DNA of 64,000 nt, taken from positions 1,632,001 through 1,696,000 of the forward strand of contig OY764216.1 in the NCBI GenBank assembly GCA_963668315.1, given 5' to 3'. Under the pieces are notes generated by a model that was not told the origin of the DNA, did no database searches, and saw only the letters and a list, made by a program, of their open reading frames with translations. Made by a program: the position numbers and the translations under genes. Position 1 is the first letter of the stretch; every line of letters starts with the position of its first letter. The stretch comes from Spirochaetia bacterium. GTDB taxonomy: Bacteria > Spirochaetota > Spirochaetia > DSM-2461. Below, piece after piece: positions 1-9,366 of the stretch.

Positions 1-239
1 GTTTTTATGTTGTGGGTATGAACCTGTTCCCCCGCTTCGATAGCACGGGAGGCCGAACCGATGGGGTAGCCGTATTTAATGATCTTCTCCCCTTCGGCGA
101 TGTTCATAAGAGCTACCTTGTGACCGGCGGGAATATCCTGGACCAGCGTGACGCCCAGGACTTCCGAGCCCTTCTCCAGGGGAGAGAGGGCAACGGCCAC
201 ATTATCGTTATCGGTGATTCGGATAAATGTGTCGGACAT
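1..239 (-). CDS. uxaA: Altronate dehydratase, N-terminal SAF domain (runs off the window edge)
   Basis: Hand translation from ATG at 239: MSDTFIRITDNDNVAVAL...IPAGHKVAL...IIKYGYPIG...VHTHNIK, a SAF-domain signature; lies directly after uxaB. Confidence 0.85.
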   Translation of the reverse strand, partial: MSDTFIRITDNDNVAVALSPLEKGSEVLGVTLVQDIPAGHKVALMNIAEGEKIIKYGYPIGSASRAIEAGEQVHTHNIK

Positions 240-241
240 TG

Positions 242-1753
242 TTACTCCTTGACCAGGGCGTCGATTACGTCCTTGACGGAACCGGAGGAGAGCTGGTAGA
301 GGAAGTCTCCGGTCAGCTCGGCCAGGCCTTTCTCAGCGCTCAGGTCCTGGCCCCAGAAATCGGTCTTGCTCAGAACTTTCTTCATGAGGGAAGCGCCGTC
401 GGCGGCGGAAGAGAGGGTCGTTCCTTCCCAGAGGGAAGCGAAGAATTCCAGTACCTCGGGGGAGTCGTTTACTTCGTACTCCTTGCCGTCTACCGCCCGG
501 GACGCCTTGAGGGTCCGTTCTGCCCCTTTCTCGCCTTTGTAGAAGAGGGTCAGAGCCGCCAGGGAGAAGGAGAGAAGGCGGGGAAGTTCGCCTTTTCTGA
601 CGATGTATTCCAGAAGGGAAGGCATGACGCGGGTTTTCCATTTGGATACGGAGTTGAGGGAGATGCTCAGAAGGAAGTGCTTGATGTAGGGGTTGCTGAA
701 TCTTTCCAGGATGGCGCCGCCGTATTCAGCAAGCTCTTCGGCGGGAAGATCCAGGGTGGGGATGATCTCTTCGAAGATTCCCTTTTTCACATAGGCCGAG
801 AGGACTTCGTCGTCCATGCAGTCTTTTACCGTTTCCAGTCCGTAGAGCCAGGCTCCCAGAACGGTCATGGTGTGGGCGCCGTTGAGGATCCGGACTTTCC
901 GGGTTCTGTAGGGGGTCATGTCGTCACACCACTTAACATTGAGTCCGGCCTGAACAATGGGGAACTCTTTCTCGTACTTGGTATCTCCCTCCACTACGAG
1001 GAAGTGGAAAATCTCTCCCGTGTCCAGCTGGTTGTCACGGTAGCCCTCTTTTGCCCAGAGCTCCTCCACTTCGTCCCGGGGATAACCGGAAACGATTCGG
1101 TCTACCAGGGTATTGAAGAAGACGTTGGCTTCGGTGAGCCAGGCCTTGAACGCCTTGTCTTCGGGATACCAGAGGTCGGCCAGCTGCAGGAGTACTTTCT
1201 TCAGGTTGTCGCCGTTGCGGTCGATAAGCTCGCAGGGAAAGAGGAGGAAGCCCTTGCTCTTGTCCCCTTCGAAGTGGTCATAACGCTTTTTCATCAGAGC
1301 GAGCAGCTTGCCCGGGTAGGAGACGGGGGGCTGGTCGTCGGCCTTATCCTCTTCCCGCAGTTCGATTCCCGCTTCGGTGGTGTTGGAGATGATGATTCTG
1401 AGGTCGGGGTTGAGGGCTTCGTCCAGGTAAGCCTGGAAATCCTCGTAGGGGTTGACGGCTCTCTCTATCGCGTCGATGATCTTCTTGTCCACGACCACTT
1501 CCCCGTTCTGGATGCCCCGGAGAAACAGGGTATAAAGGTAATCCTGGTCCTTGAGCATACCGATCATGCCCTGCGCCAGGGGCTGAACGATGGAGACGCC
1601 CCCGTTATAGATGCCCTGATTGTTCATCTTGTCGACCATCCAGTCCATAAAAGCCCTGAGAAAGTTTCCTTCTCCGAACTGGAGGATTCTTACGGGGCGG
1701 GTCTTTTTCTCAAATCCGGCCTCTCTGGCTACGGCTTCATTCAATACATTCAT
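242..1753 (-). CDS. uxaB: Tagaturonate (altronate) oxidoreductase
   Basis: ILQFGEGNFLRAF, SNTTEAGI, LVDRIV, KVRILNGAHT and RFSNPYIKH motifs of mannitol-dehydrogenase-family UxaB. Confidence 0.93.
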   Translation of the reverse strand: MNVLNEAVAREAGFEKKTRPVRILQFGEGNFLRAFMDWMVDKMNNQGIYNGGVSIVQPLAQGMIGMLKDQDYLYTLFLRGIQNGEVVVDKKIIDAIERAVNPYEDFQAYLDEALNPDLRIIISNTTEAGIELREEDKADDQPPVSYPGKLLALMKKRYDHFEGDKSKGFLLFPCELIDRNGDNLKKVLLQLADLWYPEDKAFKAWLTEANVFFNTLVDRIVSGYPRDEVEELWAKEGYRDNQLDTGEIFHFLVVEGDTKYEKEFPIVQAGLNVKWCDDMTPYRTRKVRILNGAHTMTVLGAWLYGLETVKDCMDDEVLSAYVKKGIFEEIIPTLDLPAEELAEYGGAILERFSNPYIKHFLLSISLNSVSKWKTRVMPSLLEYIVRKGELPRLLSFSLAALTLFYKGEKGAERTLKASRAVDGKEYEVNDSPEVLEFFASLWEGTTLSSAADGASLMKKVLSKTDFWGQDLSAEKGLAELTGDFLYQLSSGSVKDVIDALVKE

Positions 1754-2484
1754 TTTTTTTCTCCTTCAAAGATACGTTTGAGCGCCCAGTTCCGGTGAGC
1801 GGTCATGGCCGCTTCCGCTTCGTCGGCATCGCCGGAACGAAGGGCATCAATGATTTTCTGATGTTCTGCGGGGATGAGGGAAAAATCCTGTTCCCTCTGT
1901 CCCAGGTGGGGCTGGTCCCGCGTGACGATACGGGGGGTCAGCTGACTGAAAAGGGAAAGCAGGATATGGTTTCCCGTGGCATGGGCGATGGCCAGGTGGA
2001 AGAGATAGTCCTCTTCGAGAAAGCTCTCGCTGTTGCTGTAGAAAGCTTTGAGGAATCCTTCCTGCCTTTTCTCAATAAGGCGCAGGTCGGCTTCCGTCCG
2101 CCTCTCCGCCGCCAGCCGGGCGCACTGCACATCCAGAATAAAACGGGCTTCCATCAGATCCGCCATCTTCTGGTCCCTGGAGACGGGAATGGAGCCCAGA
2201 AGCTCTTCCATCGTTTCCTGTCCCATGGATGTAATGCGCGTGCCGCTCTGAGGACTGATCTCCACCAGTCCGTAGAAATCGAGTTTCTGCAGAGCCTTGC
2301 GTACGTTTCCCCTGGTTGTGTTCATCTTCTCAGCCATCGCCCGTTCCGAGGGCAGGCGGGTCCCCGGCTTCAATTCGCCTGAATGGACCAGCTCGCGTAT
2401 CCGGGCAATGATGAATTCCTCCGGGTTCTCCGATTTTTCCTTTACTTCGAAGAGACTCAGAACTGATGTCGTTTCCATGGGCAT
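1750..2484 (-). CDS. GntR/FadR-family regulator (UxuR/ExuR-like)
   Basis: LKPGTRLPSERAMAE wHTH plus FCD domain (EDYLFHLAIA, EHQKIIDAL). Start taken at MPMET because the longer ORF-track start runs through the promoter. Confidence 0.88.
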   Translation of the reverse strand: MPMETTSVLSLFEVKEKSENPEEFIIARIRELVHSGELKPGTRLPSERAMAEKMNTTRGNVRKALQKLDFYGLVEISPQSGTRITSMGQETMEELLGSIPVSRDQKMADLMEARFILDVQCARLAAERRTEADLRLIEKRQEGFLKAFYSNSESFLEEDYLFHLAIAHATGNHILLSLFSQLTPRIVTRDQPHLGQREQDFSLIPAEHQKIIDALRSGDADEAEAAMTAHRNWALKRIFEGEKK

Positions 2485-2498
2485 TAACGTATTCCTAT

Positions 2499-2550
2499 AA
2501 TTGGTTGACCAATTCAGAGTGATAATATGATTGGTTGACCAATTTGTCAA
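2499..2550 (-). promoter_or_regulatory. Sigma70 promoter TTGACA-17-TATTAT with two FadR-type operators TTGGTTGACCAA
   Basis: Identical palindromes at 2501-2512 and 2531-2542; one sits between -35 (2545-2550) and -10, the other just downstream. Confidence 0.85.
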
Positions 2551-2670
2551 GAAAAACTTACGCCAAAGTGAAAGTTTGATGACGGATATCGTCTCATTTC
2601 CTGAAATCCCCCTCTCCAACCGGTGGATGCCGGGGATAGGCAGAGAAGTCGACCTGTGGTAACATTGCCT

Positions 2671-3210
2671 ATGATTTCTCTCTCTTTTGAAGATTTTCTA
2701 AAACCCTCGGACTCGGGAATCTTCCGTGAGATTCCTGTGAATACGCCGGGCAAACTCTTTACCAGCCCCATGCCCACCGGAGCTTACGACAAGGGGAAGA
2801 AACTGTTCTCCATTTTCAAGAAGCACCAGGTCAGCCATGTATTCCCCCTTGTTACAGACGGGGAAATTGAGAATAAGGGACGATCCGATATTCTCGCCGA
2901 GTATACGAAAAGGGGAATAACCTATACCCGTTATATTATAAAGGATTATCAGACTCCCACCTATGAGATGATGAAAGGACTTGTCAAGGATGCGGAGCAG
3001 AGACTCGGAAATAAGGAACATCTCCTTGTTCATTGTCATGCCGGAGTGGGGCGGACTTCGCTGGTCGTCGCCTGCATCATTGTGGCTGTGGAAAATATGT
3101 CCGCCGATGAGGCCATTAATCATGTGAGGGCGAATATGACCGTAAACATCACAAGCGAGCAGGCCAATCTGGTGAGACGGTTCGAGAAGAAGTACCATTC
3201 CGGGCTGTAG
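2671..3210 (+). CDS. Protein-tyrosine/dual-specificity phosphatase
   Basis: P-loop VHCHAGVGRT and acid loop IKDYQTP; start uncertain (2623 or 2671). Confidence 0.85.
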   Translation: MISLSFEDFLKPSDSGIFREIPVNTPGKLFTSPMPTGAYDKGKKLFSIFKKHQVSHVFPLVTDGEIENKGRSDILAEYTKRGITYTRYIIKDYQTPTYEMMKGLVKDAEQRLGNKEHLLVHCHAGVGRTSLVVACIIVAVENMSADEAINHVRANMTVNITSEQANLVRRFEKKYHSGL

Positions 3211-3328
3211 ATCTCTGATTATTCGCGGTGATCGCGTCGGTTTAATCCTGGTCCGGCAGGAGGTCATTCCTTTCGGGATCGGGTATGATGTTGTATTCTT
3301 ATGATAAATCACTGATACTTAGTTAAGC

Positions 3329-3574
3329 ATGACAAAAATTAAAAATAATATATGGTTTTTATATATAATACTTGTCCTTTTCGCTTCCCTTCTTGTGACG
3401 GTTCACCTCAGGAGAAGTTATACCGCGACGGAACAGGATTTGATAAAAGGGCAGTCCAACAGGATAAATCTTATCAGTCTCTCCCTGAAATCCCTCCTGC
3501 ATCATCAGGATCAGCTGATCTCCTTTATAGAAAGCAGCCTGAGCGATTACGGTCCTTTGCCTGATAAGGGATAG
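3329..3574 (+). pseudogene. N-terminal fragment of a membrane sensor, cut by the IS256 element
   Basis: One TM helix and the start of a periplasmic segment; its stop codon lies inside the IS left end. Confidence 0.6.
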
Positions 3575-4917
3575 CGTACAATCAAGTTCGCAATTTTAAT
3601 TATTGAAAGAAGCCATCGAATTCTCCAGAATGGTAATGCACAACTAAAACCATGGAGGAAGAAAACGATGGCTAAGGAAAATGATAATGGTAATCTGGAA
3701 AAAATGCTACTCCAATTCATTTCGGAACCGGATCCCATTTTCAGCTTATTGAAATGGCTACTGGAAAAGCTTATGGAAATAGAAGCGGCGAATAAAGTAG
3801 GAGCTCAAAAGGGGTCTCATTCTACGGGAAGATCCACCCATTTTTCTGGATATCGACCACGCCGATTTGATACTCGTCTTGGAACACTGTATCTCCTTGT
3901 CCCCAAGCTCAGAAAAGGCGGATATATTCCCTTCTTTGTAACAGAAAAGAAGAGATCCGAGCAAGCTCTGATTCAGGTTGTCCAGGAAGCATTTATCAAC
4001 GGTGTTTCAACCAGAAAGATTGAGAAATTGGCTATGAGTCTGGGCATTGAAAATATTTCAGCCAGCCAGGTCTCTGAAATCAATAAGGGACTTGATGAAC
4101 AGGTAGATGAATTCCGCTATCGATCTCTTGATTCAGAATATCCTGTCATCTGGGTTGATGCCCTCTATGAAAAGATCCGGTATAACGGAAGAGTGAGAAA
4201 TATGGCTGTGATGGTTGTATCTGGTGTTAATTCACAAGGATTCAAAGAAATCCTTGCTGTTGAACCAATGCAGGAAGAATCAGAAAGCACTTATACCGAA
4301 CTGTTCAGGTCTCTTAAAGCAAGAGGATTTAAAAATGCCTGGCTCTGTGTCTCTGATGCCCATCTGGGACTTCAAGCCGCCATAAGAAAGGAACTCATCG
4401 GTTGCTCCTGGCAACGCTGTAAAATCCATTTTATGAGGAACATCCTGTCCCATCTTCCTGCCAGGGATAAAGAAGCTGTTGCCGGCAGAATTAAGCAGAT
4501 TTGGAATCAACCGAACTCCCAATCGGCCCGTGAATATGCATACCGAATTATAGAGGAATTTGAAGAACAATTTCCGAAGTCCATGACTTGTCTTGAAGAC
4601 GGATTAGAAGACTCTCTTCAGTATTATGAATTCTCAGAAATAGACAGCCGGAAAACTGCTTCTACCAATCAACTGGAACGATTGAATCGGGAAATCCGTA
4701 GACGATCTCGTGTTGTGGGAATCTTTCCCAGTATTGACTCCTACCTTAGACTAGTCTGTTGTTACCTGATTGAATACTCAGAAGACTGGGCTTCGGGAAA
4801 ACGGTATATCAGTGAGAAATCGATTGATGAACAAAGAATTAAATTAGGTCAGGCTGCCTAATGGGGAATTTTGATGGCTTCTTGAAAGGAAAGTTGCGAA
4901 CATGGCTGGACACTATC
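3570..4917 (+). mobile_element. IS256-family insertion sequence
   Basis: Imperfect terminal IRs gatagcgtacaatcaagttcgcaatttt and (reverse complement) gatagtgtccagccatgttcgcaacttt; sub-terminal aagaagccatc at both ends; no target duplication seen. Confidence 0.9.
3668..4861 (+). CDS. IS256-family (mutator-type) DDE transposase
   Basis: GVSTRKI, WVDALYEK, SDAHLGL, WQRCKIHFMRN, STNQLERLNREIRRR. Confidence 0.95.
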   Translation: MAKENDNGNLEKMLLQFISEPDPIFSLLKWLLEKLMEIEAANKVGAQKGSHSTGRSTHFSGYRPRRFDTRLGTLYLLVPKLRKGGYIPFFVTEKKRSEQALIQVVQEAFINGVSTRKIEKLAMSLGIENISASQVSEINKGLDEQVDEFRYRSLDSEYPVIWVDALYEKIRYNGRVRNMAVMVVSGVNSQGFKEILAVEPMQEESESTYTELFRSLKARGFKNAWLCVSDAHLGLQAAIRKELIGCSWQRCKIHFMRNILSHLPARDKEAVAGRIKQIWNQPNSQSAREYAYRIIEEFEEQFPKSMTCLEDGLEDSLQYYEFSEIDSRKTASTNQLERLNREIRRRSRVVGIFPSIDSYLRLVCCYLIEYSEDWASGKRYISEKSIDEQRIKLGQAA

Positions 4918-4944
4918 TTGTTTCTCCGTAAAATACCCCCGGAG

Positions 4945-4977
4945 AAAGGGCTGCCTTAAGCAAGGCAGCCTTTTTTT
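4945..4977 (+). terminator. Intrinsic terminator
   Basis: ggctgcctt-aagc-aaggcagcc followed by T7. Confidence 0.8.
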
Positions 4978-5118
4978 ATGCCTTCCCGGTAGATGAAATC
5001 AGACTTTTTTTCCGAACCGGTGCCCGAAAGGAAAAAAAGACTTTTAACTTTTTCCATGTCATGTGAAAATATGGCCGAACCGGATAACCGAATCAACCTT
5101 TCCGGTTTTAGGAATTTT

Positions 5119-7014
5119 ATGAAAATCAAATACAAAATACAGCTGACAAATCTTTTGCAGGGGATCTCATTACTTGCCCTCGTCGTGGTGTTCATCCTTT
5201 ATTCAAGCTATATAAGGAATATCACCGAAGAACAGGATTCCCTTACCGATCTCTATGAAAGCCTTTACCGGGAGCAGGTCGCTATGGCCAGGCTGGCATC
5301 GGACAGTTTCAAGCCCAGTTATGAGCGCTTTATCAAGGCGAGGGAAGAGTCGGACAGTTATTTCGATTTATTGGATGATTTCCGTTATCTGGTGCAGTTT
5401 TCCGGGGAGGTCGCCGATTCCATTGAAGCCATGCAGGCTCTGAAAATGATCCGCGTCAACTACCATAGAACTATTGATAATGGGGCCCAGTCTCTTCTGG
5501 GCGGGGACAACCCCCTGGAGATTAATGACAGAACATCCATCATGACTCTCTATGAAAAGGCGCTGCAGTCGGAAGATGAAGACATGGCTATGGTTCGCTT
5601 CAATCTCGTCAATATCATCAATCAGATAAATAAAAGCGATGTCGCACTCAGCGATTATCTTCAGGAAGTCAGAATAAATATCGATAGAATCGATGCCGAT
5701 ATGGCCCGGATGAACCGAAGGAGCCAGATTAGTCTTTTCTCCGCCGGACTTTTGCTTATCCTCCTTTTCTTTATCCTGAGTACAAGGCAATCTCTCGGGC
5801 TGTCCAGGCGCATCGCCGAAATAGACAGGAATGTGGATTATCTCAAAAACGGGGATCTGAGGACTGTCTTTATGGAAAAGGGCCGTGATGAGCTGGCCTT
5901 TCTGGGGAAGAATCTAAATCTTTTTCAGACAACCCTGGCCGGGGCGCTCCGTGATTTGAAGCATATTTCCGGGGAGAATATTTCGGTCCAGAAAGATCTG
6001 GATTCCCATGTCAGAAAAACCGAAGCCAATACGAATTCCATGCATGAGCAGGCCGATAGCATCGTGGGAAAGATGGAGGAGCTGAACGAATCCATTCAGA
6101 CCTCCACCCTCTCCATGGAACAGATGAATGTCTCGGTAAATACTTTGAATGATCAGGTCATCGATCAGCAGGCCATGGTGGAGGAGTCAACGGCTTCTGT
6201 TACAGAAATGATCGCTTCCATTGAAAATGTGACCGCCATTACCCTCAAAAAAGCGACCGTCATGGATGAGCTGGTGGACATGACCGTTACGGGCGGGGAA
6301 AAAATGGATATCAATTCCCAGTCTATCTCCCGGATCAATGATCATATCGATATGATTGCCGGCATTGCCGACATCATCAAAGCCATTGCGGGCCAGACGA
6401 ATCTGCTGGCCATGAATGCCGCCATTGAAGCCGCCCATGCGGGAGAGGCGGGCAGGGGATTCTCCGTTGTGGCCGATGAGATCCGGAAGCTGGCCGAGGA
6501 AGCCTCGGATAATTCCCGGATAATCTCCGATACGCTGAAACAGGTTATCTCGGGGATATCAGAGGCGTCCCGGTCAAATGAAAATGTTTCCGTGGTATTT
6601 AAAAAAATCAGTACGGAAGTCGATCAGTTCAGGGACTCGCTTTCGGAAATTTCCCAGACCATGGGCGAACTGAAGACGGGAGGAGGTCAGATCCTTTCTG
6701 CCATGGGAGCATTGACCGATGTATCACAGATTATCAAGGACAACACAAGTCAGATCCTCGTTGCGGGAAAAGAACAGGGAAATCTGGTTCATGACCTGAA
6801 GAACGCATCTTCCCTGGTCACCGGGAATGTAAAGGATATTCAAAACAGAATTCTCGAGATAAACTCCACATTGAAGAATGTTTCCGACTGCTCCGCCGAT
6901 ATTGGAAGTTCAGCCCAGTCGATTGACCGGACCGTATCTCTCTACAGGACGGAAGAGAGCTGCGACGATGGGGGCAGCGGAGAAAACCAGCCGGAGGCAG
7001 CCGCAAGGGATTAA
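5119..7014 (+). CDS. Methyl-accepting chemotaxis protein
   Basis: Two TM helices, HAMP (GRDELAFL), signalling hairpin [38 protein letters not shown]; start at MKIKY with aggaat RBS. Confidence 0.93.
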   Translation: MKIKYKIQLTNLLQGISLLALVVVFILYSSYIRNITEEQDSLTDLYESLYREQVAMARLASDSFKPSYERFIKAREESDSYFDLLDDFRYLVQFSGEVADSIEAMQALKMIRVNYHRTIDNGAQSLLGGDNPLEINDRTSIMTLYEKALQSEDEDMAMVRFNLVNIINQINKSDVALSDYLQEVRINIDRIDADMARMNRRSQISLFSAGLLLILLFFILSTRQSLGLSRRIAEIDRNVDYLKNGDLRTVFMEKGRDELAFLGKNLNLFQTTLAGALRDLKHISGENISVQKDLDSHVRKTEANTNSMHEQADSIVGKMEELNESIQTSTLSMEQMNVSVNTLNDQVIDQQAMVEESTASVTEMIASIENVTAITLKKATVMDELVDMTVTGGEKMDINSQSISRINDHIDMIAGIADIIKAIAGQTNLLAMNAAIEAAHAGEAGRGFSVVADEIRKLAEEASDNSRIISDTLKQVISGISEASRSNENVSVVFKKISTEVDQFRDSLSEISQTMGELKTGGGQILSAMGALTDVSQIIKDNTSQILVAGKEQGNLVHDLKNASSLVTGNVKDIQNRILEINSTLKNVSDCSADIGSSAQSIDRTVSLYRTEESCDDGGSGENQPEAAARD

Positions 7015-7148
7015 TCCCATAGTCTCAAGACAGGAGAATTGTAAAGAGTTATCAAGTTAGGGTTGACTAATTCTCCGGGAAATGGTATTTCTATGCATGT
7101 AGTATTAACTAAATAAGTGTGTTAAGGCTTATAAAAGAGCATGAAAAC

Positions 7149-7187
7149 AGTCCCCCCGGTCATTGCGGTAACAGGGGGGCTTTTTTT
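7149..7187 (+). terminator. Terminator-like hairpin in the leader of the DUF2023-like gene
   Basis: agtcccccc...ggggggct followed by a T-tract, ending ~22 nt before the ATG at 7210. Confidence 0.65.
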
Positions 7188-7209
7188 ATCCATGATGGAG
7201 AGAGAGGCT

Positions 7210-7548
7210 ATGAAAGTATTTTATCATCATATCTATGAGTATCAGAAAGGTCTGAGAAGCCTCGTTCTCCACACACTGCCCTCTCAATACAGGGAACTGG
7301 CGGAAAAGAAGCTTCAGCAGAATGCTATACCCTACCTCATCAGAGAAGTAAGCGAGAGGAAAATCAATATATTTTTCGGAGAGAAGGAGTGCGTGGAAAT
7401 CGTTGAAAGCTTCGGAGACAAACCGCTTAATCAGCTGTCCCATGAAGAAGACTTTATTCTGGGAACGATGCTGGGGTATTGCCGTCTTCTGCAGTGCCGA
7501 AGGTATTTAAAGAGGAAAGAGACAGCCCCTGTACTTAAGGCCGTATAG
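7210..7548 (+). CDS. DUF2023-like conserved protein
   Basis: MKVFYHHIYEYQKGLRSLVL...NIFFG...EEDFILGTMLGY...QCRRYL; gagg RBS. Confidence 0.75.
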   Translation: MKVFYHHIYEYQKGLRSLVLHTLPSQYRELAEKKLQQNAIPYLIREVSERKINIFFGEKECVEIVESFGDKPLNQLSHEEDFILGTMLGYCRLLQCRRYLKRKETAPVLKAV

Positions 7549-7578
7549 GAGTGATTTACCCCTTTCCGCTCCCGTCTT

Positions 7579-8472
7579 TCAATCGATTTCCAGAGTCAGG
7601 TGCTGGCACCGGCAGGCCGCTCTGACTTTTCCGGTGAATACTTCCTTGCTGAAATTTCCGCCCGCCTCCAGCTTCACGATCATCACCTTGTGGTTTTCCG
7701 AGGATTTCCATATGTGGAGGTCTTTGATACGGGAGCCCGACTCTCCGGCAATGGCCTGGATATGGGCCCTCTCATCTGCCGAGGGGAGATAGTCTACAAG
7801 AAGTTTTCCCGAGGAGACCAGCAGATCCCAGGCCCATTTTAAGATGACGGCCGCACCGAGCATCGCCACCGCGGCATCGGGCCAGGTCTGACCGGTAAGT
7901 TTCCCCGTAAGCAGGGCCACGATGGCCAGGACCGAGGTCAGGGCATCGGTAATCACATGGACATAGGCTGACCTCAGATTATGGTCGCGGTGGGATTCGT
8001 GAGAATGATCGTGACCGTGATGGTCATGGCCCCCGGAGGATAGGAGAAAGGCGCTGATAAGATTGACCGTAAGGCCGATTCCCGCTACCAGCAGAGCCTG
8101 GTTGAAGATGATGGGCTCGGGATTAATCAGTCTGTGAACAGCCTCATATACCATGTAGAGAGCCGTTATTCCGAGGATAATGGCGTTCGTATAACCTCCC
8201 AGAATACCGACTTTACCGGATGAAAAGGCAAAACCGGGATTCTCTGCCTGACTTCTCGCGAACAGATAGGCTGCCAGTGTCACTATCAGGGCGAAGGTGT
8301 GAGTTCCCATATGTATCCCATCTGCCAGGAGCGCCATGGAGCCGGTGAGAAAACCGTAGCCGATCTCTGCTATCATGGTTATCAGAGTGATGGATACGAC
8401 GATAGCCGTCTTCTTTATAGGGGAATCAGTATGATCATGGTCACTGATCTGATTGCATACTCTTTCTGTCAT
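7579..8472 (-). CDS. CDF-family Co/Ni/Zn efflux transporter (DmeF-like)
   Basis: GSMALLADGIHM, His-rich loop HDHHGHDHSH, NLRSAYVHVITDALTS. Confidence 0.88.
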   Translation of the reverse strand: MTERVCNQISDHDHTDSPIKKTAIVVSITLITMIAEIGYGFLTGSMALLADGIHMGTHTFALIVTLAAYLFARSQAENPGFAFSSGKVGILGGYTNAIILGITALYMVYEAVHRLINPEPIIFNQALLVAGIGLTVNLISAFLLSSGGHDHHGHDHSHESHRDHNLRSAYVHVITDALTSVLAIVALLTGKLTGQTWPDAAVAMLGAAVILKWAWDLLVSSGKLLVDYLPSADERAHIQAIAGESGSRIKDLHIWKSSENHKVMIVKLEAGGNFSKEVFTGKVRAACRCQHLTLEID

Positions 8473-8480
8473 AGGATCTC

Positions 8481-8891
8481 CTACATTATTTCCTGAATGG
8501 AATTTAGGCTTTTAAAAAACGTTCCGGCATCATCCTCGCCCAGCCTTTGCACTATCTCTTCAATCAGCTGTCCGTGGAGATGATGATGGTTCTCGTATTC
8601 TGTTTTTCCCGATTGGGTGAGTTTTACAAAGTATGATCTTTTATCCTCGGAACTTTTTATCTTTTCCAGATAACCTTTCGCAACGAGCCGTTGAACCATG
8701 ACCGTCAGGGTTCCGGTCGTGACGCCGAGCCGGTCAGAGAGTTCCTTCATGCGGAGCTGTCCATGATTACCGACGATTTCAAGCAGATGCATCTGGGGAA
8801 GGGAGATATCCCTGTCAGCTACGACTCCGTTTTCCCATGAGGACATTCTTTCAAAAAACTCCACTAAAATATGAGAATATGTCTCTTTCAT
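8481..8891 (-). CDS. MarR-family regulator, His-rich (AdcR/ZitR-like)
   Basis: wHTH LRMKELSDRLGVTTGTLTVMVQRL, DKRSYFVKLT, HHHLH. Confidence 0.88.
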   Translation of the reverse strand: MKETYSHILVEFFERMSSWENGVVADRDISLPQMHLLEIVGNHGQLRMKELSDRLGVTTGTLTVMVQRLVAKGYLEKIKSSEDKRSYFVKLTQSGKTEYENHHHLHGQLIEEIVQRLGEDDAGTFFKSLNSIQEIM

Positions 8892-8900
8892 AATTTATAC

Positions 8901-8950
8901 CTTGATTATCAAGATATATGAAGATAGTTTGAGTGTCAAGATATATCTTC
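8901..8950 (-). promoter_or_regulatory. Promoter and probable MarR operator
   Basis: Minus-strand TTGACA-17-TATCTT; atatatcttga occurs twice; palindrome cttgat-t-atcaag. Confidence 0.55.
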
Positions 8951-8964
8951 CTGATCATAGATAG

Positions 8965-9110
8965 ATTGTCAGTGTTAGAAGATCCAGGGGCCAGAGAAAG
9001 GGTTGTAAATAATTTGAAAGCCTTACCGCTCTCTGTCTCCAAGCCGTTACCGAGCTCTGCAAAGCCAGGAATGGCGGCAGAAATTGTGTCTATTCCAATT
9101 CGCCGCATAA
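8965..9110 (+). pseudogene. Decayed C-terminal remnant of a GGDEF domain
   Basis: One frame reads IVSV...*FESLTALCLQAVTELCKARNGGRNCVYS, resembling the AD-ALY-AK-GRN GGDEF terminus; internal stop. Confidence 0.4.
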
Positions 9111-9366
9111 TCGTTTTGGAATGCACTGTTCGCGAAAAACAGTATATGTATGGCTTTTCAGCTTAGTGCCTTATCTCGGATTGTTACATAAAATCAATCT
9201 CCTCTATACTCCCATCTACCGAAGATATCATGAAGAAGTTCAGGAGGACCTTGTCCTTTAGCCCAGGAAATGGAGAGGTCTGTGGAATTTCCTGAGAAAA
9301 GAACGTCCTCCCGATTTGGTCGTCTCAGTCTATCTACATAAATGGATTACTGCCCGGCGGGAATCC

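Noticed and set aside
4980..5118. c-di-GMP riboswitch upstream of the MCP
   Set aside because: Contains a GAAA-type hairpin but not the GEMM consensus elements
9188..9213. taaaatcaatctcctctatactccc as another att-arm relic
   Set aside because: Resembles taaaatcctcc...cctctctactccc but is short, low-complexity and lacks the 12-bp repeats
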